Shown here piece after piece: positions 18,224 through 27,445 of a stretch of DNA of 28,528 nucleotides. The stretch's first letter is position 1, and every line of letters starts with the position of its first letter. The DNA is from an uncultured bacterium (GTDB lineage Bacteria > Cyanobacteriota > Vampirovibrionia > Gastranaerophilales > Gastranaerophilaceae): the NCBI GenBank assembly GCA_949286405.1, contig CASECH010000157.1:1-28528 (forward strand). Direction: 5' to 3'. A program made the position numbers and the translations under genes. The notes beneath the pieces are model-generated. The model did no database searches. It saw only the letters and a list, made by a program, of their open reading frames with translations, and had not been told where the DNA came from.

Positions 18224-19585
18224 TTATTCCTGTATCAAAACCTTGTTACGCCCTGATTGCTTAGCGTTATACAAAGCTTTATCTGCTTTTTTTAATAAAT
18301 CTTCTTCAGAATCTTCTGCTTTGTATTGGTATATCCCAAGACTTATTGTAACACTAATAATTTTTTGAGCTACTTCTGAGTTTATTTTCGAAATGTCAAG
18401 TTTTTTCTTTTCGACAGCTTTTCGAAGTCTTTCTGCAACTATTTGAGCATCTTTTATTTCTGTATATGGTAGTAATATTGCAAATTCTTCTCCACCATAT
18501 CTACCGGCAATATCATATTCTCTAAGTTGAGAGCGAATCACTTGTGAAACATTTTTTAATACAAAATCACCTACTGCATGTCCGTATGTATCATTAACGC
18601 TTTTGAAATAGTCGATATCTGTCATAATTGCACAAAGCGGTCTTGATTGACGTTTGGATGTCGCAATTTCTTGTTTTATACGTTCTTCCAGCTGATGTCT
18701 GTTATAAAATCCTGTAAGTGCATCAAGAGTCGCGTGTTGTAAAATTTCTGCGTATACATTAGCTCTGTTAATAGTTGTGGCAGCTTGAGTTGTTAGCTGT
18801 TCAAGATATTCAATTTCTTTTTCACTAAGAATATTTTCAGTGCTTTTTGTTACAATGCAACCAAGCAGAACATTTTCGCTGACAAGTGGGAATATGCCTA
18901 TTTTTTTGTCCGGTGTTAGAATGTAATCAGAATTGTCTGTTAGGCATTTTATAAGTTCAAATATTTTAAAATCTTTACAGGCTGATGGCCAAATTAGTTT
19001 TAATTCTTTTGTTTTTTCGCACTTTAGAAATATATAAATTAGATGATCTGACACAAATTTGTCTATCATTTCACCGATTATTGGTATTATATAGTTTGTT
19101 TCATATTGTGTTTCGATTATTTTAGCAATATTTTTCATTGCATCATGAAAATCAATATTTTTTTGCATTCTTTCTGAAAGAATTACATTTTGAATTTTTA
19201 GTGAAATGCTAAATGATGCATAGTCTAAAAATTCCAAAATTGTATCATATGAAGAACCTTTAAAGACTAACATTCCGATTACTTTATCCTGTTTTAATAT
19301 CGGATAAAAAAGGGTGTTGTCTTTATTTTTTATATATTTTTTTGATTCAAGTTTTTTGAATATTTGATATGTTTCTTTAGATTTTTCTTTTTCAAGACAT
19401 TCATCAATACACATCCAGCTCCTTGAAAAATCTCTCAGCGTTGATGTAGTTTCATCAAATACGAAAATTGATATTTTATCTACATCACAAGGAGAGAAGA
19501 ATTCTTCAAGAATTCTTATTATTCCCTGAGCATTGGATGTGTTATTAAGCTTTTCAGATAAATCTTTTATGTATTGTAACATCAT
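18224..19585 (-). CDS. GAF-GAF-GGDEF diguanylate cyclase
   Basis: DALTGFYNR, DIDYFKSVNDTYGHAVGD, RxxD I-site (REYD), RYGGEEF, ADKALYNAKQSGRN. Two N-terminal GAF-like segments (YPIL...VIGML; FPLV...LLGCI). No TM helix. Confidence 0.9.
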   Translation of the reverse strand: MMLQYIKDLSEKLNNTSNAQGIIRILEEFFSPCDVDKISIFVFDETTSTLRDFSRSWMCIDECLEKEKSKETYQIFKKLESKKYIKNKDNTLFYPILKQDKVIGMLVFKGSSYDTILEFLDYASFSISLKIQNVILSERMQKNIDFHDAMKNIAKIIETQYETNYIIPIIGEMIDKFVSDHLIYIFLKCEKTKELKLIWPSACKDFKIFELIKCLTDNSDYILTPDKKIGIFPLVSENVLLGCIVTKSTENILSEKEIEYLEQLTTQAATTINRANVYAEILQHATLDALTGFYNRHQLEERIKQEIATSKRQSRPLCAIMTDIDYFKSVNDTYGHAVGDFVLKNVSQVIRSQLREYDIAGRYGGEEFAILLPYTEIKDAQIVAERLRKAVEKKKLDISKINSEVAQKIISVTISLGIYQYKAEDSEEDLLKKADKALYNAKQSGRNKVLIQE

Positions 19586-19595
19586 TTTAAAGATT

Positions 19596-20345
19596 TTATC
19601 CTTCTAATTTTTGTAGAATTTCGTCTGAGATGTCAAAATTAGCGTACACATTTTGTACATCATCGTGTTCTTCTAATTTGTCTAAAAGTTTAAGTATTTG
19701 ATCAGCAGTTTTTTCATCTGTTACTTCTACAGTATTTTGTGGGATTCTTGATAGTTCTGCTGATGTAGATTTAAATCCTTCTTTTTCAAGCCCTTCTACT
19801 ACATTTTGGAAGTTCTCTACAGTTGTAAGTACTTTATATGAACCTTCATCTTCAACTATATCTAGTGCATCTAATCCGATAGCTGTCTCAAATAATTTTT
19901 CAAAATCAGTATCTTCATCAAATGTTAGTACACCTCTTTGATCAAACATCCAGCCAACGCAACCTGTTGCACCAAGACTTCCGTTGTATTTTGTGAAATA
20001 ACTTCTTATGTCACCTGCAGTTCTGTTACGATTATCTGTCATTGCTTCTACTACAACAGCTACACCTCCCGCTGCGTATCCTTCATAGATTAATTCTTCG
20101 TAATTTTCAGCAGCTCCTGACCCTGCACCTTTTTCGATTGCTCTTTTTATATTGTCGTTTGGTAGCCCTGCTGCTTTTGCTTTTTCAATTGCTGTTCTTA
20201 GTCTGAAATTTCCTGCCGGATCAGGACCGCCAAGCCTTGCTGATACTATTAATTCTCTTGAGTATTTTTGGAATACTACTGCTCTTTGTGAATCTACTTT
20301 TGCTTTTTTGTGTTTAATGGTTGACCATTTTGAGTGTCCTGACAT
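19596..20345 (-). CDS. yebC: YebC/PmpR family protein
   Basis: MSGHSKWSTIKHKK, NFRLRTAIEKAKAAGLPNDNIKRAI, YEGYAAGGVAV, TDNRNRT, LEEHDDVQNVYAN. Confidence 0.95.
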   Translation of the reverse strand: MSGHSKWSTIKHKKAKVDSQRAVVFQKYSRELIVSARLGGPDPAGNFRLRTAIEKAKAAGLPNDNIKRAIEKGAGSGAAENYEELIYEGYAAGGVAVVVEAMTDNRNRTAGDIRSYFTKYNGSLGATGCVGWMFDQRGVLTFDEDTDFEKLFETAIGLDALDIVEDEGSYKVLTTVENFQNVVEGLEKEGFKSTSAELSRIPQNTVEVTDEKTADQILKLLDKLEEHDDVQNVYANFDISDEILQKLEG

Positions 20346-20438
20346 ATTTTTTACCTCATAATTTAATTTACTTCTATAATCTATAATTTATCACAAACAA
20401 ATTTCGATTATTTAATATTTTGAAATTTTTACAGCTCC

Positions 20439-20466
20439 TTTACATTAAACTTTCATAAGATATAAT
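20439..20466 (+). promoter_or_regulatory. Putative sigma70 promoter of glyS
   Basis: TTTACA-16 nt-TATAAT, 35 nt upstream of the ATG. Confidence 0.45.
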
Positions 20467-20501
20467 TTAGTTAAGTTATAGATAAGTTATAAGGGAAAAG
20501 T

Positions 20502-22559
20502 ATGAGCAAATATTTATTAGAAATAGGTACTGAAGAATTACCTTACAAGTTTATTCCGTCTGCAATAGAACAACTAAAGTCTGGTTTTGAAAACTTTTTG
20601 AAAGGGAATAAAGTTGATTATCAAAAAGTAGATGTATATGCAACGCCAAGACGTTTGGCAGTTATTGTTTCAGGTCTTGAAAAACAAAGTAAGGATGAAG
20701 TTAAGGTAATAAAAGGGCCTATTAAGAAGGTTGCTTATGATGAAAATGGAAATTTAACAAAAGCAGGTGAAGGTTTTTGTAAGAAAAATAGCTTGTCTGT
20801 TGATGATTTGTATTTGGAAGATGATTATCTTCATGCAAAAATTGTTATTAAAGGAAAATCAATTATTGAATTATTAAAAGAAAATGTCCCATCCATTGTA
20901 TTAAAGCTGCAAGGTTCTCATTTTATGCGATGGGCTGATAATGATGAGAAGTTTTCTCGCCCAATCAGATGGATTGTGTCTATTTTAGATAGAGAAGAAG
21001 TTAAGATAAAGATTATTGATAAAGAAAGCTCTAATCTTACAAGAGGTCATAGATTTGCTCAGCAAAATGTTGTAATCGGTGATCCTGATGATTATGTTGA
21101 ATTAATGCGTAACTGTTGTGTAATTGTTGATCAGAATGAAAGACGCCAAAGAATTATAGACAGAGCAAAAGAAGAAGCTGACAAAATTGGTGCAGTACCT
21201 TATTATACTGATGATTTGTTGGATGAGGTAACATTTATTACTGAGTACCCTGTTCCTGTAACTTGTGAATTTTCTGAGGAATATTTGAAACTTCCTGAGG
21301 AGTTAGTAGTTACAGTTATGGCAGTTCATCAAAGATATTTTGCTCTACATAAAGATGGCAAATTGATTAATAAATTTATTACTATGACAAACTATATAGG
21401 TGATGAGTTTGAAAATATCAAAGCCGGAAATGTTAGAGTAGTTAAAGCTCGTTTGGATGATGCTGTATTTTTCTTTAATGAAGATACTAAAAAGCCTTTA
21501 TGTGAATATGTTGAAGCTTTAAAAGGTATTACCTTCCAAAAAGGTATGGGAACTATGTATGATAAGGCTCAAAGACTTGTCGTATTATCTAAGTTGATCT
21601 CTAAAGAATTAGGTATAAATAAGGCTTCTGTTGAAAGAACTGCTTTGCTTGCAAAGGCTGATTTGACAACTAACCTTGTGTTTGAGTTTACTGAATTACA
21701 AGGTTATATCGGAGCGGATTATGCGAGAGTTTCTAATGAACCTCAAGAAGTTTGTGATGGTATAAAAGAACACTATTTCCCGTTAAATGCTGAAGGTGAG
21801 ACTGCAAAATCAATTGAAGGTCAAATTGTTGGTATCGCTGATAAAATAGATACTATTTCTGCTGTTTTTGCAGAAGGTAAAAAACCTACAGGCTCATCTG
21901 ATCCATTAGGTGTAAGACGTGCAGCTTTAGGTGTTATTAGAACTATTCTTGCAAATGATTTGAAAATTAATATACCAAATTTGATTAATGAGACTTTGCT
22001 GTTATTGCCTGTCAAAACTGATGGAGATACAGTCCTTGATAAAGTTAAAAATATAGCCGGTTCAAGTGTTAACAGATTGTCTGGTAAGTGTGGTGATGAA
22101 ATTAATGAATTTATAATTCAAAGACTAATTATATTCTTGTCTGATAAGTATTCTAAAAATGTTTTGGAAGCTTGTGCAGCAGTGAAAAATCCATTAATTG
22201 ATTTAAATGACTACGTAAAAAGAGTAGATGCTATGTCTAAGTTTAATTCTGCTCAAGTGCTTGAAAGTGCTAATAGAGTTATCCGTATTCTAAAGCAAGA
22301 TTCTGCAAAATCCGTAAATAGAGATTTATTCAAAGATGCTGCAGAAGGAATTTTGTATCAACAAATATTAACCGTTAATGAGTCTTTTGATTATGAAGAA
22401 TATTTGAAATCTTTAGAGGAAATTAATCCTTCTGTTGAAAAATTCTTTGCAGATGTACTTGTTATGGATAAAGATGAAAAAGTTAAGGAAAACAGACTTG
22501 CTCTTCTAACTATGTTAAAGAGAAAATATGAGTATGTTGCTGATTTTAGTAAGATATAA
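20502..22559 (+). CDS. glyS: Glycine--tRNA ligase beta subunit
   Basis: LLEIGTEELP, TPRRLA, FSRPIRWI, ARLDDAVFFF, KADLTT.LVFEFTELQG, PTGSSDPLGVRRAA, VMDKDEKVKENRLALL. Confidence 0.97.
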   Translation: MSKYLLEIGTEELPYKFIPSAIEQLKSGFENFLKGNKVDYQKVDVYATPRRLAVIVSGLEKQSKDEVKVIKGPIKKVAYDENGNLTKAGEGFCKKNSLSVDDLYLEDDYLHAKIVIKGKSIIELLKENVPSIVLKLQGSHFMRWADNDEKFSRPIRWIVSILDREEVKIKIIDKESSNLTRGHRFAQQNVVIGDPDDYVELMRNCCVIVDQNERRQRIIDRAKEEADKIGAVPYYTDDLLDEVTFITEYPVPVTCEFSEEYLKLPEELVVTVMAVHQRYFALHKDGKLINKFITMTNYIGDEFENIKAGNVRVVKARLDDAVFFFNEDTKKPLCEYVEALKGITFQKGMGTMYDKAQRLVVLSKLISKELGINKASVERTALLAKADLTTNLVFEFTELQGYIGADYARVSNEPQEVCDGIKEHYFPLNAEGETAKSIEGQIVGIADKIDTISAVFAEGKKPTGSSDPLGVRRAALGVIRTILANDLKINIPNLINETLLLLPVKTDGDTVLDKVKNIAGSSVNRLSGKCGDEINEFIIQRLIIFLSDKYSKNVLEACAAVKNPLIDLNDYVKRVDAMSKFNSAQVLESANRVIRILKQDSAKSVNRDLFKDAAEGILYQQILTVNESFDYEEYLKSLEEINPSVEKFFADVLVMDKDEKVKENRLALLTMLKRKYEYVADFSKI

Positions 22560-22696
22560 TACTGTTTTTAGCTTTTTTATAAAGAATTGTAAATAAAGTT
22601 TGTAAAATAGTAAATTATTTTATTTAGGATACTTTAGAATAGTACAAAGAAGGTAAATAAAATTATAGATAATTTATAAATGGTAGGAGTCGACAG

Positions 22697-23002
22697 ATGC
22701 TAAATCGTTTTAAAAATTTGAAACTGGTAAGACGCTTAAATCAGAATTTAAGTGCAAAGTTAAGATGGATTATGTATTCTAAAAATACAATGGATAAGTC
22801 ATCTCCAGATTATATTCATATGATTAGCGGTGTTGATGAATTGAAATCAAGTTCTGACGAAAGAAGGCTGGAAGCGATGGTCAGAGAACAACTCAAAGCT
22901 GAGTTTCCAAATATTGAGGAAATGAAGTCTTATGAATTACTTGTAGATGCAGTGATGCATAATATCAAGAAAAAACAGCTTCAGGCCATGGATGACGAAT
23001 AA
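22697..23002 (+). CDS. Hypothetical protein (101 aa)
   Basis: AGGAG SD at 22685-22689 and a downstream terminator. No family recognised. Confidence 0.7.
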   Translation: MLNRFKNLKLVRRLNQNLSAKLRWIMYSKNTMDKSSPDYIHMISGVDELKSSSDERRLEAMVREQLKAEFPNIEEMKSYELLVDAVMHNIKKKQLQAMDDE

Positions 23003-23017
23003 CATATCATCAAATTT

Positions 23018-23041
23018 AATACCCCGTTGAGGGGTATTTTT
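23018..23041 (+). terminator. Intrinsic terminator
   Basis: AATACCCC-GTTGA-GGGGTATT followed by Ts. Confidence 0.8.
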
Positions 23042-23088
23042 GTATCTGTTCTTTTTTATAATTGTTGTTAAATAAAGGAGTGATATAT

Positions 23089-23325
23089 ATGGCGACAACA
23101 ATTATTGGTGTAAATATTGAAAATAGAGAAGAAACAGCTATTAAATTTCAAAAAATTTTAACAAAATTTGGCTGTGAGATAAAAACACGTATAGGTCTGC
23201 ACCCTTCTGTAGGATGTGTATGTCTTAATAGAGGGATTGTATTGTTGGAAGTATCTGGTGAGGCTGAGGAGTTAAAAAAAGAATTGTGTAAATATTGGGA
23301 TGTGCAGTCAATGATTTTTAATTGA
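23089..23325 (+). CDS. Small ACT/ferredoxin-fold protein, TM1266-like (iron-only hydrogenase system regulator-related family)
   Basis: IIGVNIENREETAIKFQKILTKFGCEIKTRIGLH...GIVLLEV resembles this family as I recall it. AAGGAG SD before ATG 23089. Confidence 0.6.
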   Translation: MATTIIGVNIENREETAIKFQKILTKFGCEIKTRIGLHPSVGCVCLNRGIVLLEVSGEAEELKKELCKYWDVQSMIFN

Positions 23326-23404
23326 TAAACTTTTGTAACGCTTTATAATATTTTTCGCAAAAAAATATATTCAGGCTTTTTGTATTCATGGAAAATTATT
23401 GAAT

Positions 23405-24982
23405 ATGATTAAGCCATTGAATTCAGTACAATCAAATTTAATTAATCAGGCAATTTTAAAAAGATTGCACCAGAATTCTACAAACAAAAATGGTCAGAGT
23501 GATGCTTCTGAGAAGAGTATTGATAATGTTGTCAGAACCAGCATTTTTTATATAAATGATTTTCACGGGAAGTCGATTAATATGGAAAGAGCTATGACTG
23601 CATCAAATGTTTTTGATGCTTTTGTTCCTTCTGAAAAGACTGATAAATTAAAACTTTCATCTGGTGATATTATGATAGGTGAAATTTTAAAAGCAAATCA
23701 AGTTGCTGTTAAAGCTCAAAAGGCGATGGGTATAATGGCATCTGCTATGGGAAATCATGAGTATGATATGCCGAAACATGTTGCTGAAATTATTCCGACA
23801 ATAGGTTTTAAATTGCTTGCTTGTAATGTCAATATAAAACCTGATAATCCACTCAGTAAAAAAGTTGAAAAATCATATGTTCAAGAGGTAAATGGACATA
23901 AATACGGCATTATAGGTGCGACACCGGTTGATTTGTTAATGCGTCTAAAGTATGGAAAAATATTTGATCAGTTGAATGTGGATAGTATTGATAAAACAAT
24001 CGTTGATATTCAAAATGAAGTTGATAAATTAAAGGCCCAAGGTATTGATAAAATAATATTACTTTCTCATGTAGGTTTTGGTTATGATCAAAGAATTGCA
24101 CAAGAAACAGATGGAATTGATGTTATTTTAGGTGGACATTCCCATAATTTGATAACTGATGTTAAAGATGGTGTAAATTTATTTAAATCAAAATCAGGAG
24201 AGCCTGTTGTAATTACTCAAGCAGGTCGAGATGGAAAGAATTTCGGAATTTTAAATCTTGAATTTAATGCGAAAGGGATTTTGACAAAAATTCAAAATAA
24301 TGTGGCTAATACTCGTAAATTTAAACGTAATGCTCCTATACGTTATGTCTTTGAACAAATTTTAGGAAAGCCACAGGTAATAGGTAAGATTAATTCTGCA
24401 CCACCTCCATTAATAAATGATTTGATTGATCCAAGCGGTCATGCAAACTTTTTGACTGATTGTATGCGTGAAGAATTGGGTACTGATATTGCTATGTTTG
24501 GTGCTGCAACAATAAGAGGTTACTTTGAAGCAGGAAATATTGATACTCGTTCAATAGAAGATTTATCTCCGTTCAAAAATAAAATGGTGATAGTTAAATA
24601 TAATCAAAAAGATATTGTGGATGCTTTGAAAATCGCAGCTAAATCTATGACTAATACAAATAATAAACCGGGATTTATTCATGTATCAGGATTAAAATAT
24701 ACGGTTTCAAAAGATGGTGAATTAAAAAGTCTTGCATATATTGATAAAGCTGGAAATGTAACTCCTATTGATATTAATAATCCTGATATTTCAAAGTTTT
24801 ATAGAGTTGCTATTACTGATTATTATGCAGCAGGGCAAGATGGTTTTGCTCCATTGAACAAAATAAAGGATGCGGAAGTAAAATATAATTTTGATGTTAG
24901 TAAATGTATTGAAGATTACATAAAAAAACATCCGGAACCAATTGATATAAAAGATGACGGAAGAATTCAAATTGTTGAATAA
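23405..24982 (+). CDS. Bifunctional metallophosphatase/5'-nucleotidase (UshA/CpdB superfamily)
   Basis: Calcineurin-like motifs INDFHG, SSGD, GNHEYD, LSHVG, ILGGHSH, QAGRDG, plus a C-terminal 5'-nucleotidase domain (TIRG, PFKN, HVSGL, DYYAAGQDG). Confidence 0.88.
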   Translation: MIKPLNSVQSNLINQAILKRLHQNSTNKNGQSDASEKSIDNVVRTSIFYINDFHGKSINMERAMTASNVFDAFVPSEKTDKLKLSSGDIMIGEILKANQVAVKAQKAMGIMASAMGNHEYDMPKHVAEIIPTIGFKLLACNVNIKPDNPLSKKVEKSYVQEVNGHKYGIIGATPVDLLMRLKYGKIFDQLNVDSIDKTIVDIQNEVDKLKAQGIDKIILLSHVGFGYDQRIAQETDGIDVILGGHSHNLITDVKDGVNLFKSKSGEPVVITQAGRDGKNFGILNLEFNAKGILTKIQNNVANTRKFKRNAPIRYVFEQILGKPQVIGKINSAPPPLINDLIDPSGHANFLTDCMREELGTDIAMFGAATIRGYFEAGNIDTRSIEDLSPFKNKMVIVKYNQKDIVDALKIAAKSMTNTNNKPGFIHVSGLKYTVSKDGELKSLAYIDKAGNVTPIDINNPDISKFYRVAITDYYAAGQDGFAPLNKIKDAEVKYNFDVSKCIEDYIKKHPEPIDIKDDGRIQIVE

Positions 24983-25010
24983 AAAAACTCCTTATTAGGA
25001 GTTTTTTTAT
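24979..25010. terminator. Bidirectional intrinsic terminator
   Basis: Perfect 14-bp inverted repeat ATAAAAAAACTCCT/AGGAGTTTTTTTAT between convergent genes, overlapping the nucleotidase stop codon. Confidence 0.9.
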
Positions 25011-25015
25011 AGTAT

Positions 25016-25759
25016 TTATAAATTATTTGACTTTTTATATATTTGAATAAATCCGTAATCCCAAATTAATTGTAAAATAAATCCGATATAGCCGCATATT
25101 ATTGCATATATATATGAGCATACAGCACAATCAGGATTAATGTTGCACATTTTTAGAAGAAGACCTGAGCCAATTAGTATTGCAATTATAATAACTAAAA
25201 GTATAACGAAAACTGCCACAAATTGAAAAATTTCTTTAAAAGATTTATTTACCCATTTGAAAGGTTTCAGAATGTTGAATAATCCTTTTGCTTCATAATT
25301 TTTACAGAATGCTACAAATATCAATGACATAAGGATAGAAGATATAAGTGTTATTAATATTATTCCTACTATTAATATTTTGAAGAATATTGTAATACAT
25401 AATGCTGAAAAAATTAAGCAATACATTAACCAACAAAGACCAAGAGGAATACTTTTCCAAAAAGCTATTATTGGTTCTTGGTCAGTATCAGGCAGACCGA
25501 TTGCACTTTCATCATAGTATTTGTTTATAAAAGTGTATGTGTAACCGGTAAGATATATAGCTGTTAGAATTAATATGATTATACTGATAACGAGTAAGCT
25601 GATATCAGGCATAAATTTTGCTTTTTCCATCCCGTCCAGCATAGTAGTGATAACCGAATATATCCCACAGATTGAAAATAGTGTGATATGGTTAAGTATT
25701 GTATATTTACCTGTGTATATTTTTTTTAAACTATTTGGGATGAATTTTAATACATTCAT
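25016..25759 (-). CDS. Polytopic membrane protein, DUF4013-like, paralog 1
   Basis: About 6 hydrophobic helices. YLTGY...GLPD motif. ACAGGAG SD. Homologous to its two neighbours. Confidence 0.7.
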   Translation of the reverse strand: MNVLKFIPNSLKKIYTGKYTILNHITLFSICGIYSVITTMLDGMEKAKFMPDISLLVISIIILILTAIYLTGYTYTFINKYYDESAIGLPDTDQEPIIAFWKSIPLGLCWLMYCLIFSALCITIFFKILIVGIILITLISSILMSLIFVAFCKNYEAKGLFNILKPFKWVNKSFKEIFQFVAVFVILLVIIIAILIGSGLLLKMCNINPDCAVCSYIYAIICGYIGFILQLIWDYGFIQIYKKSNNL

Positions 25760-25771
25760 TTTTGTCTCCTG

Positions 25772-26557
25772 TTATTCGTCTGTCTCTATATATTTTTTAG
25801 CGAAATCATAATCCCAAGCAAGGATAGCTATTGTGCTGAAGTAGCAATATAGAATATTTATTGAATATGTAGACAGTTTAAAAAGTGCCATTTGAGAAGA
25901 TTGTGCTGAAAATATTATATCAGTAAGTGCTTGGGTGTTTATGAAACCTGTAAGTATTATAATAATCGCTAATATTACCATTCCTAAAAATACTATTCCA
26001 TAGCTCATTAGAGCAGTTGCAATGAATACCAAAATACGTTTGAAGAAATATTTTACAAAGTCAATACATTTTATTTTTTTGAATGGATTAATTATGTCTT
26101 TGTTTGATAATTTTTTTGCGTATCCTATTTGGAATATAGTTATAAAAAATGCTATTGCGATATCACTTATGGTAGAATAATAAAAACTTTTTTCCGGATT
26201 AAGTAATACAAATAAAATTAATGTTGTGTTAATTATTATAATTACCAGAGGAGTGCAGTCTTTTAAGATACTTAAAGGTTCAAAATTTATTTCAGGTAGA
26301 ATTGTATCTCTTGAATTTAATACATTATTTAAAAATTTTGTTTCATAGCAAAAAAAGTAGTTGCTCCAAAGAATATATAGACCGAGTATTATACAGATTT
26401 TTGTGTTAGATAAATAAATTTCATAGGCATGTTCAAGTGTAATGTATGTTATAGCTATTGAAAATATACCCAATAGCGAAAATAATGATATTTGTTTATC
26501 TAATATATCTTTTCCTTTGTATAAATTTTTTAATCCTTCTTTGAAGTATGAATTCAT
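25772..26557 (-). CDS. Polytopic membrane protein, DUF4013-like, paralog 2
   Basis: KNLYKGK...ISLFSLLGIFS, LPEINF, LAWDY. ATGA overlap with the upstream gene. Confidence 0.7.
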   Translation of the reverse strand: MNSYFKEGLKNLYKGKDILDKQISLFSLLGIFSIAITYITLEHAYEIYLSNTKICIILGLYILWSNYFFCYETKFLNNVLNSRDTILPEINFEPLSILKDCTPLVIIIINTTLILFVLLNPEKSFYYSTISDIAIAFFITIFQIGYAKKLSNKDIINPFKKIKCIDFVKYFFKRILVFIATALMSYGIVFLGMVILAIIIILTGFINTQALTDIIFSAQSSQMALFKLSTYSINILYCYFSTIAILAWDYDFAKKYIETDE

Positions 26558-27345
26558 TTGCTGAGCCTTTCTTGAGAATTTTCATCGTAGAAAATCGGTT
26601 TTATTTTCTCTGTGTATATTTTAAGTACTGTGTATGGGAATACAAATGACCATATAATTATAATGCAATAAAAAATTACAGGAAACATAAATACATCGTA
26701 TAGAGCATAATCTTTGTTAATAGGGGATATGCTATCTAAATTAAAAAAAGTTCCTGTTATGTAAATTGCAAAATATAATACAAGTATTATAAGTGAAACA
26801 AAAATAGTTTTTAGTATTTGTTTCCAATATGGAATAAAAGCAGCTTTGACAAATTTGAATATTAACATTATGTTTAGTAATTTTTTTGTTGAAATATTAT
26901 CAGCTAAAGCGATATATAAAAAATAGAAAAATGGTGCTAATAGAGCTATACTAACTAATCCTACATACAGAAAATAAATGGAATTTGGTAAAGAAAAGTA
27001 TAATATAATTCCAATTATAAAAAACGTTGCTAAATATATTGTCCATACTGTATTTATGATAATCATCGGAATTAATTTTTTCCAATCAATTTTGCTAATT
27101 GGTGGGATAAAATCAGCATTTGGTTTAAAAGAATTAGTTATGAACTGAATGCTATACAATGAAAGGAATAAGCTAAACATAAAGTCTATTGGATTTTGTT
27201 TAGATGTATAAAAGTTTTTAAATTTTATGTCAAATATTGTCGACAAAAACATATATATCAGGCACATCCCAAATAAAATCAAATGTTTAGAAGTTGCATT
27301 TTTATCTGTGTATATTTTTTTTATTGTTTCTAAAATTCCGCTCAA
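26554..27345 (-). CDS. Polytopic membrane protein, DUF4013-like, paralog 3
   Basis: KKIYTDK...LILFGMCLIY, IPPISKIDW. TTG start with GAGGAG SD. Confidence 0.65.
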   Translation of the reverse strand: MSGILETIKKIYTDKNATSKHLILFGMCLIYMFLSTIFDIKFKNFYTSKQNPIDFMFSLFLSLYSIQFITNSFKPNADFIPPISKIDWKKLIPMIIINTVWTIYLATFFIIGIILYFSLPNSIYFLYVGLVSIALLAPFFYFLYIALADNISTKKLLNIMLIFKFVKAAFIPYWKQILKTIFVSLIILVLYFAIYITGTFFNLDSISPINKDYALYDVFMFPVIFYCIIIIWSFVFPYTVLKIYTEKIKPIFYDENSQERLSK

Positions 27346-27445
27346 AATAAGCTCCTCATTATTTTATAATGTTTTAATTATAACACTTTTTGTAGTTCTG
27401 ACAACCTCTGTTTGATTAAAGATATTTTTGTTGTATTATTCAACT

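Noticed and set aside
20346-20501. T-box riboswitch upstream of glyS
   Set aside because: The region is a 156-nt divergent promoter with no T-box consensus or terminator/antiterminator.
20502-22559. glyS without adjacent glyQ as a sign of gene loss
   Set aside because: Unlinked glyQ and glyS are known in several lineages, including cyanobacteria. glyQ may simply be outside the window.
22586-22615. Repeated TGTAAA words as a transcription-factor operator
   Set aside because: No clear palindrome or consistent spacing. Such words are frequent in AT-rich intergenic DNA and resemble -35 variants.
1447-27415. Numerous 60-190 aa ORFs in the track overlapping longer genes on the opposite strand or frame (e.g. 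1963-2538, 3598-3924, 11964-12347, 14707-15048, 27227-27415)
   Set aside because: They lie within well-supported genes, lack SD sites and family motifs, and read as antisense shadows of AT-biased codon usage.
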